A DNA stretch of 63,975 bases, counting the filler, from Reclinomonas americana ATCC 50394 (Eukaryota), in NCBI GenBank assembly GCA_048213135.1. It is 9 parts of 5 records of this genome, joined end to end, with 100 filler letters (N's around TTAATTAATTAA, not from the genome) between each part and the next. Parts side by side here need not be neighbours in the genome. Positions count along the whole stretch, not along the records: positions 62,938 to 63,975 come from PS015170.1; 8 more parts are not named here. One strand, given 5' to 3'. The notes below the pieces were generated by a model, which saw only the letters and a program-made list of their open reading frames with translations, did not search any database and was not told the origin of the DNA. Of the stretch, positions 62,984-63,975 are shown piece by piece. A program made the position numbers and the translations under genes. Numbering within the stretch: position 1 is the stretch's first letter; each line of letters opens with the position of its first letter.

Positions 62984-63975
62984 CTTGCTGCTGGCCGGTC
63001 GAATGGTAACGTCGCCGGAGCTGCTCTGCAGCAGAGGCGCGGTGATTTGTGTGGCCGTCATGGAATTCATGGTGACTGCGCCAGTCAGTGTGGTCGTAGA
63101 GTCAACCGTAAGCTGCGATGGTGCACCGCGGTAAGCAACACTCTGCCAAGAAGGAAAGAAGAGCAAAGAGACCATCTGAACTACATACCGAACCCAGCAC
63201 TCGAGTTGGTCGACCGGCGGCGGCCAGCGACAGTTGGCTGACGTCTCCACCAATGACAATGGGAGTGGTGTTGACTGCGAGGATGCTCACACCCTGGTTG
63301 GCGTTGACCGTGAACAGTGCACCCTGCACCAACACCTCGCGTGTGCGGTACAAGTTGGCGCCGAGAACCACGCGTCCGTTGGTGGACGGACTCTGACCGG
63401 CCTCAATCTGCAAGTCACCGCCAGTGCCGGACGCCACTGTCGGGCGACGAAGCGTGAACGTGGACGAATCGGTGGCACCAAACTCCACAAAGGCGCCAGT
63501 GGACAGGATTTTACCCGTTGAGAGGGTAATATCGCCGCCGAAGGTGCTAGTCGACGAGGTGGTGAGTGTGGCCGTGGAGAGTGCGTTCGTCACGGAGACA
63601 GTGGACGAAGCGAGCTGAATCGCGGAGCCAGACTGGCCAATGACGACAGTCGACACGCGGCGGGTGGCGATTCGCACTGCACCGTGAGTCGCCAATCCAG
63701 CACCGCCGTCCAAGAGCCTGCAAACGACCAGTGTGCGTGTGAGAAACTGTCAAGTACACAGAGGAGCGCCGGAAGAACGCAACAGTTGACCGCCAACACC
63801 CTGAGTGGCCTGCTGTCCTTCGAGCATCGTGTCGACGCCAGCAACACCAGAACCGGTTTGTGTAGGACGAGACAGGGTGACGGTGGAGGCCACTTTTCCC
63901 AAACGAATAACGTCACTCGACGCCAGCAGTGTGAGATCACCACTCGACGTCGACACTGAGCCCGTCACCAAGCCA
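62984..63975 (-). CDS. Fragment of a Gly/Thr/Ser-rich beta-solenoid/fibre-like repeat protein
   Basis: Repeats such as GVGGQL|LLDGGAG...GAVRIA and GTGGDLQIEAGQ...GRVVLG; three spliced exons. Confidence 0.55.

Overview
Eukaryotic (protist-type), GC-rich, microsatellite-laden draft DNA. The window is not contiguous. It consists of nine scaffold pieces joined by 100-nt N spacers carrying TTAATTAATTAA, plus internal N gaps; 20-N gaps and (TACG)n read ends suggest a 454/Newbler assembly. Genes are densely packed and intron-rich. Recognisable genes: a secreted cadherin-domain protein, a FAM227/FWWh protein, STK19, a DC1-finger plus putative papain-fold protein, a UIM-UBX protein, EB1, Yip1, a giant secreted FN3-repeat protein, UGDH exon 1, a ubiquitin-like/RING/kinase fusion, dynactin p22, an ABI-like protein, the Topo I C-terminus, PPWD1, an SDS22-like LRR protein, an RS-rich protein, a degenerate ADP-ribosylglycohydrolase, a GT77 glycosyltransferase, two tandem beta-lactamase-fold hydrolases, a Cys-rich/TIGR03118-like protein and an H-type lectin protein. 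The main observation is a second class of 5' splice site. About 29 inferred donors read H|GTTGCGY (also GTTGAGT, GTTACGC, GTTTCGC, GTTGTGT): the normal G|GTGCGT/GTGAGT/GTACGT motif displaced by one nucleotide, and never preceded by an exonic G. This points to large-scale shifted-register donor recognition. All exon structures were inferred by hand from reading-frame continuity; no transcript data or searches were available.
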